Origin: Malacoraja senta | Lineage: Eukaryota | NCBI GenBank assembly: GCA_038087875.1 | Contig: CM075999.1 | Coordinates: forward strand, 3,040,001 to 3,104,000 | Direction of reading: 5' to 3' | Length of the DNA stretch: 64,000 bases | Shown here: in pieces, positions 1 through 11,419 of the stretch | How the letters are laid out: each line of letters opens with the position of its first letter | How positions within the stretch are numbered: the first letter of the stretch is position 1 | The notes under the pieces: model-generated | What the model saw: only the letters and a program-made list of their open reading frames with translations | Database searches by the model: none | What the model was told of the DNA's origin: nothing | Made by a program: the position numbers and the translations under genes

Positions 1-156
1 GGAGGCAATTTTATTTTCTGACACTAATCCAAGCTGGCATGTTAGCACAAAGAAATATTATTAGCTTAAGAATCATTATATTGCTGATGCAACTGCCTTG
101 CTTTGAACAAACACATATGGAAATATTTCATATTCAGGGCAATCTGTTGGCCATTT

Positions 157-465
157 GGCACGGTGGCCCAGCGGTAGAGTTGCTGCCTCACAGCGCCTGA
201 GACCCAGGTTTGATCCTGACTAGGGTGCTGTCTGTACGGAGTTTGTACGTTCTCCCCGTGAGCTGCGTGGGTTTTCTCCGGGTGCTCCGGTTTCCTCCCG
301 CACTCCAAAGACGTGCAGGTTTGTAGGTTAATAGGCTTTGGTAAAAATTGTAAATTTCCCCCAGTGTGTGCAGGATAGTGCTAGGGTGCGGGGTGATCGC
401 CGGTCAGCGTGGACTCGGTGGGCCGAACGGCCTGTTCTCCACGCTGTATCTCTGACCTAAACTAA
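157..465 (+). mobile_element. tRNA-derived V-SINE (HE1-like), near full length
   Basis: Pol III A-box (TGGCCCAGCGG) and B-box-like (GGTTTGATCC) head, V-domain GGAGTTTGTACGTTCTCCCCGTG...CCGGTTTCCTCCC, CR1-type 3' tail ending (CTAAA)n. About 20 copies occur in the window. Confidence 0.85.
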
Positions 466-1382
466 CCCCCCAAAAAAGCACGCTGTTATTCTTACGTTTG
501 CATAATCTGCTTTCAAGGGCATGGTTAAGATCGTTACAAGGTGCAGGTGAGCAGAGCTCATTCTCAACAGATCTCCAGGGATCAACATGACAAGCATCAT
601 GAGGCCCTTTGATGATTGCTGGCGGAGCTCTCTAGCAGAATGACCTTCGTCCCATTACGACAATGTCATCTTTGTACAAGAGGCTTAACCGGTTTTGAAG
701 AGCAGAATTTATTTCCTTAAGTCTGCTGCTTTCTCTGAGTTTTGATCACAAAGACAGATGATGAACACCGATGGAAAGGTTTATTGTCACGTGTACCGAG
801 GTGCAGTGAGAAGTTTTTGTTGCGTGCTATCCAGTCAGCGGAAAGACAACACATGATACAACCGAGCCGTCCAAAGTGTACAGATACGTGTAAAAGGAAT
901 GACGTTCAATGCAAGCTAACGTCCAGTAAAGTCTAATTAAAGATAGTCCGAGAGTCTCCGGACAGGGGATTTCATGGTGGCGCAGCGGTAGAGTTGCTGC
1001 CTTACAGCGCTTGCAGCACCAGAGACCCGGGTTCGATCCAACTGCGGGTGCTTGTCCGTAAGGAGTTTGTACGTTCTCACCTCCGTGACCTGCGTGGGTT
1101 TCCTCCGAGATCTTCTGTTTCCTCCCACACTCCAAAGACGTGCAGGTTTGTAGTTAATTGGCTTGATAAAAAAATTTTTTTTTAAATTGTCCAGTATAAA
1201 ACTGTCCAAGTTCCAGAGCTGAGCGATGCCCTACCTTTTCAGCGTACTACATCCAGATCCAGATCCGGTGAGGTAGATAGTAACTCAGGACCGCTCTCTA
1301 GTTTATAGTTTAATAATACAGCAAGGAACCAGGCCCTTCGGCCCACCGAGTCCGCACCGACCAGCGATCCCTGCACATTATT

Positions 1383-1641
1383 GTGGAACAGCATCCCTCT
1401 TCCCATCATAACTGCCCCTCCATCGATTCCTTTAAGTCGAGACTTAAAACTCACCTTTACTCTCAAGCCTTCTTGACGTCCTCTGAGCGAGGGCTATATG
1501 TATGTATTTATGTATGTACTTAATCCATGAACCACTGTTGTATGACGTTAGTACCTCACCAATGTAAAGCACTTTGGTCAACGAGAGTTGTTTTTTAAAT
1601 GTGCTGTAGAAATAAAAGTGACTTGACTTGACTTGACTTGA
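1383..1641 (+). mobile_element. L2-like LINE 3' fragment
   Basis: Encodes WNSIPLPIITAPSIDSFKSRLKTHLYSQAF (L2/CR1 ORF2 C-terminus), then AATAAA and a (GACTT)n tail. Confidence 0.65.
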
Positions 1642-1868
1642 CTATCACTAACACACACTAGGAACAATTTGCAATTATACCAAAGCCAATTAACCTACCA
1701 ACCTGTTCATTTTTGGAGTGTGGGTGGAAACCGGAGCACCCGGAGAAAACCCACGCAGGTCTCAGGGAGAACGTACAAACTCCATACAGACAGCGCCCTA
1801 GTCAGGATCAAACCTGGTCTCAGGCGCTGTGAGGCAGCAACTCTACTGCTGGGCCACCGTGCCGCCCT
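1642..1868 (-). mobile_element. V-SINE (HE1-like)
   Basis: Reverse complement of the same tRNA-head/V-domain consensus. Confidence 0.8.
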
Positions 1869-2128
1869 AACACTAGAACATTAACATAGACACTAAGTGC
1901 TGGAGTAACTCAGCGGGTCAGGAAACATCTCTGGAGAAAATGGATGGGTGACGTTTCAGGTCGGGACCCTTCTTCAGACTCCCTCCAGGTCATTTCTCCA
2001 CAGAGGCTGCCTGACCCGCTGAGTTACTCCAGCATGCTGTGTCTGCCTTCTTGAGGAGAACCCAATGTGCCAGAATAACTCAGCGGGACAGGCAGCATCT
2101 GTGGAGAGAAGGAATAAGGTGACGTTTT

Positions 2129-2667
2129 AGACAATAGACAATAGACAATAGACAATAGGTGCAGGAGTAGGCCATTCGGCCCTTCGAGCCAGCACCGCCA
2201 TTCAATGTGATCATGGCTGATCATCCCAATCAGTACCCCGTTCCTGCCTTCTCCCATATCCCCTGAATCCGCTATTTTTAAGAGCCCTATCTAGCTCTCT
2301 CTTGAAAGCATCCAGAGAACCTGCCTCCACCACCCTCTGAGGCAGAGAATTCCACAGACTCACCACTCTCTGTGAGAAAAAGTGTTTCCTCATCTCCGTT
2401 CTAAGTGGCTTACTCCTTATTCTTAAACCGTGGCCCCTGGTTCTGGTCTCCCCAAACATTGGGAACATGTTTCCTGCCTCTAGCGTGTCCAAACCGTTAA
2501 CAATCTTATATGTTTCAATGAGATCGCCTCTCATCTTCTAAACTCCAGAGTGTACAAGCCCAGCCGCTCCATTCTATCAGCATATGACAGTCCCGCCATC
2601 CCGGGAATTAACCTTGTAAACCTACGCTGCACTCCCTCAATAGCAAGAATGTCCTTCCTCAAATTAG
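2129..2667 (-). mobile_element. CR1 (HER1-like) LINE, 5'-truncated
   Basis: ORF 2211-2534 reads RGDLIETYKI...TRGHGLRI...FFSQRVVSLWNSLP (CR1 ORF2 end). Has a (TATTGTC)n tail. Confidence 0.85.
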
Positions 2668-2729
2668 GTTTTGGGTCGAGATCTTTCCTCAGACAAGAAT
2701 GCAAGATAGCAAAGATGAGGAGGCGTTTA

Positions 2730-3075
2730 AGAAGGAACTGCAGCTGCTGGAAAATCTAAGGTAGACAAAAGCGCTGGAGAAACTCGGCGGGTGCAGCAGC
2801 ATCTATGGAGCGAAGGAAATAGGCAACGTTTCCGGGCAGAGACCCTTCTTCATACTGATGTAGGGTGGGGAGAAGAAAATAAAAAGGAAGAGGAGGAGCC
2901 CGAGGGCTGAGGGAGAGCTGAGAAGGGGAGGAGACAGCAAGGGCTACCGGAAATTGGCGAATTCAATGTTTATGCCGCTAGGGTGCAGACTGCCCAAGCG
3001 GAATATGAGTTGCTGTTCCTCCAGTTTCCGGTGGTGCTCACTCTGGCCATGGAGGAGGCCCAGGACAGAGAGGTC
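2730..3075 (-). mobile_element. Penelope-like element 3' end (GIY-YIG C-terminus + pLTR)
   Basis: Reads LSVLGLLH...RKLEEQQLIFRLGSLHPSGINIEF*, typical of the end of PLE ORFs, followed by a degenerate pLTR. Confidence 0.65.
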
Positions 3076-3768
3076 GGAGGATGAGGAGGCGCCTGGTGTG
3101 GTGAAGCTTGTGGGAAGCATGGTCGGGGACATCGAGGGAGGTGAGCGGGGGGGGGGAGATAAAAGTGTAATGGGTGGCTCATGGAGGTGGGGGTGAGATT
3201 ATGGCAGAAGGGAAAGGAGTGGAGTCCAATATTGTTCTCTCTACAATGCCATCAATTCCCACAGGCTCTCCCGCATACACGAGGGGTCGGCCATTTAGAA
3301 CTGAGATGAAGAAACACTTTTTCACCCAGAGCGTTGTGAATCTGTGGAATTCTCTGCCACAGAAGGCGGTGAAGGCCAATTCACTGGATGTTTTCAAGAG
3401 AGAGTTAGATAATATTGTAGCTCTTGGGGCTAACGGAATCAAGGGATATTGGGAGTAAGCAGGAACGGGGTACTGATTGTGAATGATCAGCCATAATCAT
3501 ATTGAATGGCGGTGCTGGCTTGAAGGACCGAATGGCCTACTCCTGCACCTATTTTCTATGTTTCTATGTGCCTTTGTTTCTTGTACACAAGGTTCAATTT
3601 ACAATGAAGATCAGCTTGCCACCTGGCATGTTATTTAGTATAAACACAGCTGACCAAGAGCACATTTAACTGAAGTACATACTTCATATCATTTAAACCA
3701 ACTCATTTTGCTGCTTGTTTTTCACCTGGAAGTGTTAATTAGAAACACAAATATCTCTATTTTTGTTT

Positions 3769-4080
3769 CATTTAGTTTAGAGATACAGTGCGGTAACAGG
3801 CCCTTCGGCCCACCTGCTCCATGCCCACCAGCGATCCCCGCACACATCTAACACTTTCCACACACACTAGGGACAATTTACCATTTTATTTAACTGATGC
3901 TGTTTAACCTAGCTACTCGCACGTCTTTGGAGTGTGGGCGGAAACCGGAGCACCCGGAGAAAACCCACGAGGTCACGGGGAGAACGTACAAACTCCGTAC
4001 AGACAGGACCCGTAGTCGGGATCGAACCCGGGTCTCTGGCGCTGTGAGGCCGCAACTCTACCGCTGCGCCGTCGTGCCGG
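3769..4080 (-). mobile_element. V-SINE (HE1-like)
   Basis: Consensus match with tail. Confidence 0.8.
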
Positions 4081-5159
4081 CCTGAAACGGTGTTGAGAAA
4101 CGGTGCAAGATATTTTGCTGCAGGTTCCATTAAAAGCCACCAACAGTTCATATTACATTTGGAATCTTAATCTAGTCGTTCCATTGCAATTGGTAAGATG
4201 TGTGATTGACAGACAAGGTGCAGCTTTGTAGATTCTGATTACATTCCTTTCCACAAAGGTGTGACAGCACGGTGGCATAGTAGTAGATCTGCTACCCTGG
4301 TTCGATCCTGACCTCGAGTGCTGTCTGTGTGGAGTTTGCACGTCCTCCCCGTGACCACGTGGGTTTCCTCCGGTGCTCCGGTCTCATCCCACATCCCAAA
4401 GACACGCGGGCTTGTGGGTTAATTGGCCCTCTGTAAATTGCCCCTCGTGTGTGGGTAGTGGATGAGAAAGTGGGCTAACATGGATAAGTGGCATAACATA
4501 CATACTCCACCGGGTGGCGCCAGCAATGGCTGCCCCGCCAACAGTCTGTCTGTCCCTTCCTTCTCTGTTGTTTTATAGTACGTGCTAAATGCATGTTTTA
4601 GTGTTCTTTAGCTTGTTTTATGTGGGGGCGTCAGGGGAAACTGTTTTTAATCTCTTACCTCGATGGGGATGCAATTTTTTTCTGTTATTTCTACATTACA
4701 CAATTTCTCATCCACTCCCTACACACTAGGAACAAAGAAAACAGGTGCAGTAGGCCATTCGGCCCTCGAGCCAGCACCGCCATTCACTATGATCATGACT
4801 GGTCATCCAAAATCAGTACCCCGTTCCTGCTTTCTCCCCATATCCCTTGATTCCGTTAGCCCTAAGAGCTAAATCTAACTCTCTCTTGAATACATTCGAA
4901 GGGCCTACTCCTGCACCTATTGTCTATCCAGTGCCTTCTGTGGCAGAGAATTCCACAGATTCACAACTCTCTGGGTGAAAAAGTTTTTCCTCATCTCAGA
5001 CCTAAATGGCCGACCCCTTATTCTTAAACTGTGACCATGTAACCAAGCTCACCATCACCTCCTTACTGCATCTGGTCATTGTTTGGGATCTGACCCACAA
5101 TGGTGTCATCTGCTATCCTGTCAATGGAGTTTGAGTGAATTTGGCTGCACAGTTGTGAG

Positions 5160-5575
5160 TGTGCACTGTGCACCTTGCACCTTGCACTGTGCACCTTGCA
5201 CTTTGCACCTTGCACTTTGCACCTTGCACTTTGCACTTTGCACCTTGCACTGTGCACCTTGCACTTTGCACCTTGCACTTTGCACCTTGCACTTTGCACC
5301 TTGCACCTTGCACTGTGCACCTTGCACTTTGCACCTTGCACTGTGCACCTTGCACCTTGCACCTTGCACTGTGCACCTTGCACTTTGCACCTTGCACTTT
5401 GCACCTTGCACTTTGCACTTTGCACTTTGCACCTTGCACTTTGCACATTGCACCTTGCACCTTGCACTTTGCACCTTGCACTTTGCACCTTGCACTTTGC
5501 ACCTTGCACCTTGCACTTTGCACTTTGCACCTTGCACTTTGCACATTGCACCTTGCACCTTGCACCTTGCACCTT
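5160..5575. repeat. 7-bp tandem repeat (TGCACCT/TGCACTT)n
   Basis: About 59 heptamer units. Explains the six repetitive ORFs here. Confidence 0.95.
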
Positions 5576-6044
5576 CCGAAAAGTTACACCAGGGACTATA
5601 CTGGAAGTTGGACAGTTTTATACTGGACAATTTTTACATTTATCAAGCCAGTTAATCAAGCCAATTAACCTACAAAAACTGCAGGCAGGGTATCAAGGGG
5701 CTGGGGCTGGGAATGCAGCTTTAGAAACATAGAAACATAGAAAATAGGTTGCAGGAGGAGGCCTTTCGGCCCTTCGAGCCAGCACCGCCATTCTTCTTCT
5801 TCTTCTTCTTCTTCTTCTTGCGTATGGCGTGCACAGCCTAAAGTTGTAGGACAACTTGTTCTATTTGATCTTATTTGATTGTGCACGCCAGGTTGATTGC
5901 ATTCGTCGAAACAGGGGCGGACCACGTGAAGGTTTGCAATCTCCCACCGCCATTCATTGTGATAGAAACACTGCGGAACACTGAAAGATACAGCCTGAAA
6001 GAGGCCCTTCGGCCCACCGAGCCCATGCCGACCACGGGCGGGAC

Positions 6045-6575
6045 ATGGGTGACGTCAGGGGGCGGGTCCTGAAGGTGACGTCAGGGGGTGGGATCGGGGG
6101 GGGCCGTGAGGGGGGCGGGTCCTTGGGTTGACGTCAGGGGGCGGGATCAGTGGCCCGTGGAGGGGCGGGGGCGTGAAGTTGACTTCAGGGGTGCGGGATG
6201 GGGGGGGGGGGCCCGTGAGGGAGGCGGGGCCTGGAGGTGACGTCAGGGGGCGGGTTCGGGGGCCGTGAGGGGGGCGGGATCGGGGGGGGGGGCCGTGAGG
6301 AGGCGGGGCCTGGAGGTGACGTCAGGGGGCGGGATCGGGTGCCCGTGAGGGGCGGGGCCTGAAGGAGACGTCAGGGGGCGGGATCGGGGGCCGTGAGGGA
6401 GGCGGGGCCTGAATGTGACGTCAGGGGGCGGGATCGGGTGCCCGTGAGGGGGCGGGGCCTGAAGGAGACGTCAGGGGGCGGGATCGGGTGCCCGTGAGGG
6501 GGCGGGGCCTGAAGGAGACGTCAGGGGGCGGGTTCGGGGGGCCGTGTCCTTGGGTTGACGTCAAGGGCGAGGGCG
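6045..6575 (+). promoter_or_regulatory. CTPS1 CpG-island promoter built from a ~50-bp CRE/GC-box minisatellite
   Basis: Seven perfect TGACGTCA at 6050, 6076, 6129, 6238, 6317, 6416 and 6556, plus four 1-mismatch copies. Most are followed by GGGGCGGG. Lies directly upstream of the GC-rich first exon. Confidence 0.7.
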
Positions 6576-6599
6576 GTGGGAGGGGTTGAGGTGGTTGAT

Positions 6600-6811
6600 T
6601 GACAGCCCGCCCCGGGCCTGGGGCCGCCGCCGCCACCACCGCGTGTTGTTTACTGTCGCCACTACTGTGCGGGTGCAGCCGATGCGCCGCTCACTGCCGC
6701 TGCTGCAGCTGCTCAGTAGCCCGGCCCTCAGCACCATCGCCGCCCCGGCCCGTTGTATCTCCGCCCCGGCCCTCAGCACCATCGCCGCCCCGGCCCGCAG
6801 CCTGCGGAGCG
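6600..6811 (+). other. CTPS1: CTPS1 non-coding exon 1 (5' end approximate)
   Basis: CpG-rich stretch ending in a strong donor GCG|GTGAGT at 6812. Human CTPS1 also has a non-coding exon 1. Confidence 0.65.
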
Positions 6812-7674
6812 GTGAGTTCCTCCCGCCTTATTGCTGCAGCTGCTGCAGCCGGGCCCGCAGTGGGTAGAGGGGGGGGGGGATGGTGGGAGGGAGGGAGGGA
6901 GGGAGGGGGTGCAATAACCATGGGGGGGGGGGGGATGGTGGGGAGGGAGGGAGGGAGGGGGTGCAATAACCATGGATGGGGGGGGGGGGGGCGAGCCAGA
7001 GCATCCGTGATGACTTTTCGGGTGCATCTGCAATGATGGAGGGGGTGTCAGGATCGTGGGGGGGGGGGGCGGCTATGTGTAATGTGTAATGTTTGGGGGT
7101 GCATGCAATCATCTGAATAGGGAGATGCCTGTCGTCATGTGAAAGGTGCAGGAGTATCTGCAATAATTTGTGGATGGAATGGGGCAGGCGGAACATGGTA
7201 GGAAAACAAAGATCCCGGGCGTATTGGGGTTGGGGGTGACATTGGGGGGAAGCATACATCGATACAACAGACAATAGGTGCAGGAGTAGGCCATATGGCC
7301 CTTTGATCCAGCACCGCCATTCAATGTGATCATGGCTGATCATCCCCAATCAGTACCCCGTTCCTGCCTTCTCCCCATATCCCCTGACTCCTTTAGCCCT
7401 AAGAGCTAAATCTCTCTTGTAAACATTGGGGAGGGGGGGTGAGTTTTGTTTTGCTGGAGGGTGGGGGGGGGAGGGGGAGAGGCTGTGGGGGTTTTCAATG
7501 TCTGAAGACAGGTCTGGAGTCCGACCCAAAAGGTCGGAGTAGACTTGATGGGCCGAATGGCCTAATTCTGCTCCTATCTCTTATGACCTTCAGGCAAAAA
7601 CATATCCAAGGAAGATAGACACAAAATGCTGGAGTAACTCAGCGGGGCAGGCAGCATCTCTGGAGAGAAGGAAT

Positions 7675-7710
7675 GGGTGACGTTTCGGTTTGAGACCCTT
7701 CATCAGACCC
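7675..7710 (-). ncRNA. Minimal type I hammerhead ribozyme motif in a Penelope-type pLTR
   Basis: The - strand reads GGGU-CUGAUGA-A-GGGUCUCAAACC-GAAA-C-GUC-ACCC. Core boxes are canonical, with a 4-bp stem I, short stem II and palindromic ACGU. Confidence 0.55.
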
Positions 7711-7924
7711 GAAACATCACCCATTCATTCTCTCCAGAGATGCTGCCTGTCCCGCTGAGTTACTACGGCCTTTTGTGTCGATCTTAGTTTTTTTTGTAGA
7801 TCTTGGTTTTTTTACTCGATTGTGGGAGGAGGGGGGTGGGGGTCCAGGTATTATTTTGGGGTGCAGGGTGTGTGAATGAACAGAGGAGTGGAGAGAAAGG
7901 AGGGTTCATGGGGGATTGGGGTAG

Positions 7925-8425
7925 TTGAGTTCAGTTTGGTTTATTGTCACGTGCACCGAGATACAGTGAAAACCTTTTATTGCGTCCAGTCAGTGCAAGG
8001 ACAATGCATGATTACAATTGAGCCATACACCTGATAAGGGAATAACGTTTAGTACAAGGTAAAGTCAGTAAAGTCTGATCAAGGATAGTCCGAGGGTCAG
8101 CAAGGTAGATCGTAGTTCTCTGGTTGTGGTAGGATGGTTCAGTTGCCTGATAACAGCTGAGAAGAAACTGTCCCTGAATCTGGAGGTTCTGTGCGTTTTC
8201 ACACTTCTGTATCCCTTGCGTGATGGGAGAGGGGAGAAGAGGGAGTGGCCAGTGTGTGACTGGTCCTTGATTATGCTGCTGGCCTTGCCGAGGCAGCCTG
8301 AGGTGTAGATGGAGTCGATGGTAGGGAGGTTGGTTTGTGTGACGGTCTGGGCTGCGTCCACAATTCGCTGCATTTTCTTGCGGTCTTAGACGGATGGAGC
8401 TGTTCCCAAACCGTGCTGTGATACA
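7925..8425 (-). mobile_element. Rex1/Babar-like LINE 3' fragment
   Basis: ORF 8065-8373 reads QRIVDAAQ..LPTIDSIY..KASSIIKD..HSLFSPLPS..RFRDSFF..IRQLN. Confidence 0.7.
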
Positions 8426-8690
8426 TTGTGGACACAGTCCTAGAAGGATGAATGCTAACAGATTTGCTAACTCACATACTCACTACGAAGTACTCCTAAA
8501 TACATGTACTTGTGGTCATTCCAGAATCATAACAAGGGTAAAACACGAAGTACAACAATATCCACACACAGTCCGCCAGATGGTGCTTAACAAAAAATTA
8601 AAATGCAAAAAAAACAGCAGATGTTGGAAGTCTGAAATACAAATAGTGGTGGAAACACTTAGATACAGATCAGGCAGTATCAGTGGAGAG

Positions 8691-8724
8691 AGTCTGAAGA
8701 AGGGTTTCGGCCCGAAACGTTGCC
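8691..8724 (+). ncRNA. Minimal hammerhead ribozyme core (PLE pLTR)
   Basis: CUGAAGA-A-GGGU(UUCG)GCCC-GAAA-CGUU. Stem I is weak. Confidence 0.4.
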
Positions 8725-9446
8725 TATTTCCTTTGCTCCATAGATGCTGCCGCACCCGCTGAGTTTCTCCAGCACTTTTGTCTACCTTTGATTTTCCAGC
8801 ATCTGCAGTTCCTTCTTAAACACCTATGGTCCTCTCAAACTTTCTCTGTCTTCCATGAAGACCATGGGCGAGCGATCGTATTCCTCCAGTAATTCTAACT
8901 TTCCTCAGAATTAGCCTGAGAATAAAAGGGCGTACCTTTAGAAAGGAGATGAGGAGGAATTTCTTCAGTCAAAGGGTGGTGAATCTGGAATTCATTGCCA
9001 CATACGGCTGGAGGCCAAGTCAATGGATATTTTTAAGGCGGAGATTGACAGATTCTTGATCAATCAGGGTGTCAGTAGTTATGGGGAGAAGGCAGGAGAA
9101 TGGGGCTGAGAGGGAGAGATAGATCGGCCATGATTGAATGGCGGAGTAGACTTGATGGGCCGAATGGCCCAATTCTGCTCCTATGATTTATCAACTATCC
9201 AGTCAGAAGAAGCAGTCTGATGCTGCCATCTCCCCGATTGGTGAATAATATAAAGAGGTAACCTCTTCCCAAGTTCCATATCCAGAGGCCAATCTTACTC
9301 TCTCCACGTTCTCCCACCGCTCCCCGAAGTTGGAGAGTCTACACTGCACCACTTTAAGACAAGTACGTCCTCCCGTTCGGTTCAAAGACCACGAGCGCAC
9401 ACGCACATACACACACGATGCCATAGAGTTCAGTACAGTGCACTGA

Positions 9447-9671
9447 AGGGCCTGTCCCACTTGCCGATTTTTTCGGCGACTGCCGGCATCATTGACTGAC
9501 GTATCAGGTCACCGAGAAATTTGAGGCGTGATGACGTATCGACGCGCGGTGTTTTTTCAAGTGTCGCAACATTTTTTTGTCGCCGCTGGATTTTGAAATG
9601 TTCGAAATCTTTTGGCGACCCTGATATGACGCCGACAGTCGCCGAAAAAATCGGCAAGTTGGACAGGCCCT
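9447..9671. mobile_element. PIF/Harbinger-type MITE
   Basis: Long TIRs AGGGCCTGTCCCACTTGCCGATTTTTTCGG, with 3-bp TSD TGA on both sides. Confidence 0.75.
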
Positions 9672-9917
9672 TGACTGTACCAGGTATTTGGAGAAAGGAA
9701 TAGAGCCACACCTTTAAAAGTTCTCAAGGTTCGTAAAAATATCCTAAGGCTATGCTAAACCTGTTAACATAGAAAATAGGTGCAGGTAGAATGACGTGTT
9801 GGGGTAGAATGAAGTGTAAAATGGCGACACGGCAAACTGCAGATGCTGGTTCAAACTGAAGACGGACACTAAAAGCTGGAGCAACTCAGCGGGTCAGGCA
9901 GCATCTGTGCAGAGGTA

Positions 9918-9952
9918 AGTCTGAAGATGGGTCTCGACCCGAAACGTCACCC
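9918..9952 (+). ncRNA. Minimal hammerhead ribozyme core (PLE pLTR)
   Basis: CUGAAGA-U-GGGU(CUCG)ACCC-GAAA-C-GUC-ACC. Core and stem II are intact; stem I is 2 bp. Confidence 0.45.
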
Positions 9953-10149
9953 ATCCCTTCTCTCCGGAGATGCTGCCTGTCCCGCTGAGTTGCTCCAGCA
10001 TTTTGTGTTTATCTTCGGTGGAGAAGGGCCCAGACCCAAAACGTCGTCTATCCTTTCCCTCCACAGATGTTGCCTGACCCGCTGAGTGTAGACTTTATTC
10101 TGTTCGTACAATACGTTGAAGAGAAAAAGTCGAGGTTGCTGGGTTTTTT

Positions 10150-10605
10150 CAGTTTAGTTTATTGTCACGTGTTCCGAGGTACACTGACAAGTATTTTTGA
10201 TGCGTGCTATTCAGTCAGCGGAAAGACAGATTACAATCGAGCCGTCCAGAGTGCAGATGAAGGGAATATCGTTTAGTGCAAGGTAAAGTCCGATTAAATA
10301 TAGTCCGAGGGTCTCCAAAGAGGTAGATAGTAGTTCAGCAATGCTCTCTAGTTGTTGATAGGACGGTTCACTTGCCTGAATACAGCCGGGAAGAAACTGT
10401 TCCTAACCCTGGAGGTGTGCGTTTGTTTACACACTTGTATACCTCTTGCCCGATGGGCCCGATGGGAGAGGGGAGAAGAGGGAGTGGCCGGGCGTGAGAC
10501 TGGTCCTTGATGATGCTGCTGGCCTTGCCGAGGCAGCGTGAGGTGTAGATGGAGTCAATGGAAGGGAGGTTGGTTTGTGTGACGGTCTGGGCTGCGTCCA
10601 CAACT
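10150..10605 (-). mobile_element. Rex1/Babar-like LINE 3' fragment
   Basis: Same family as 7925-8425 (DAAQTVTQTNLPSIDSIYTSRCLGKASSIIKD). Confidence 0.7.
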
Positions 10606-11241
10606 CTCTAAGAGGGAGTGACAGGGATGGGCGATGATTTCTGCCACAGACGGCGGTGGAGATTGGGTGTGGGGAGGATGTTTCCACTTGTGGGAGAGTC
10701 CGATACTAGAGGCCACAGCCTCAGAATTAAAGGTCGTTCGTTTAGGAAGGAGATGAGGAGAAATTTCTTTAGTCAGAGGGTGGTGAATCTGTGGAATTCT
10801 TTGCCACTGAGGGCTGTGGAGGCCAAGTCAGTGGATATTTTTAAGGCAGAGATAGATAGATTCTTGAATAGTGCGGGTGTCAGGGGTTACGGTGAGAATA
10901 GACAATAGGTGCAGGAGTAGGCCATTTGGCCCTTCGAGCCAGCATCGCCATTCAATGTGATCATGGCTGATCATCCCCAATCAGTACCCCGTTCCTGCCT
11001 TCTCCCCATATCCCCTGACTCCGCTATCTAAGAGCCCTATCTAGCTCTCTCTTGAAGGTATCCAGAGAACCGGCCTCCACCGCCCTCTGAGGCAGAGAAG
11101 GCAGGAGAATGGGGTTGGGAGGGAGAGATAGATCAGCCACGATTGAACGGGGGAGTAGACTCGATGGGCCGAATGGCCTAATTCTGCTGCTATCACTAGT
11201 TGTGTTGCCGTCTTGTTTTGCTCCTAGATCCCAGAGCACCA

Positions 11242-11407
11242 ATGAAGTACATTTTGGTGACGGGCGGGGTGATCTCGGGTATCGGCAAAGGCATCATCGC
11301 CAGCAGCATCGGCACCATCCTGAAGTCCTGCGGACTCCGTGTGACTGCGATCAAGATCGACCCCTACATCAACATCGATGCGGGCACATTCTCACCCTAC
11401 GAACATG
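11242..11407 (+). CDS. CTPS1: CTP synthase 1, exon 2 (start codon)
   Basis: [55 protein letters not shown]. Acceptor ctcctag at 11227, donor GTACGG, 166 coding nt. Confidence 0.97.
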
Positions 11408-11419
11408 GTACGGTATTGT

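Noticed and set aside
157..230. tRNA-like sequence (and ~20 similar)
   Set aside because: These are SINE heads continuing into the V-domain and LINE tail, not tRNA genes.
5063..5732. Six long ORFs (150-190 aa) with CKVQ/CTLH repeats
   Set aside because: They are stop-free translations of a 7-bp tandem repeat, not genes.
6421..7349. Pro/Ala/Gly-rich ORFs over the CpG island
   Set aside because: They are by-products of high GC content and G-runs around the non-coding first exon.
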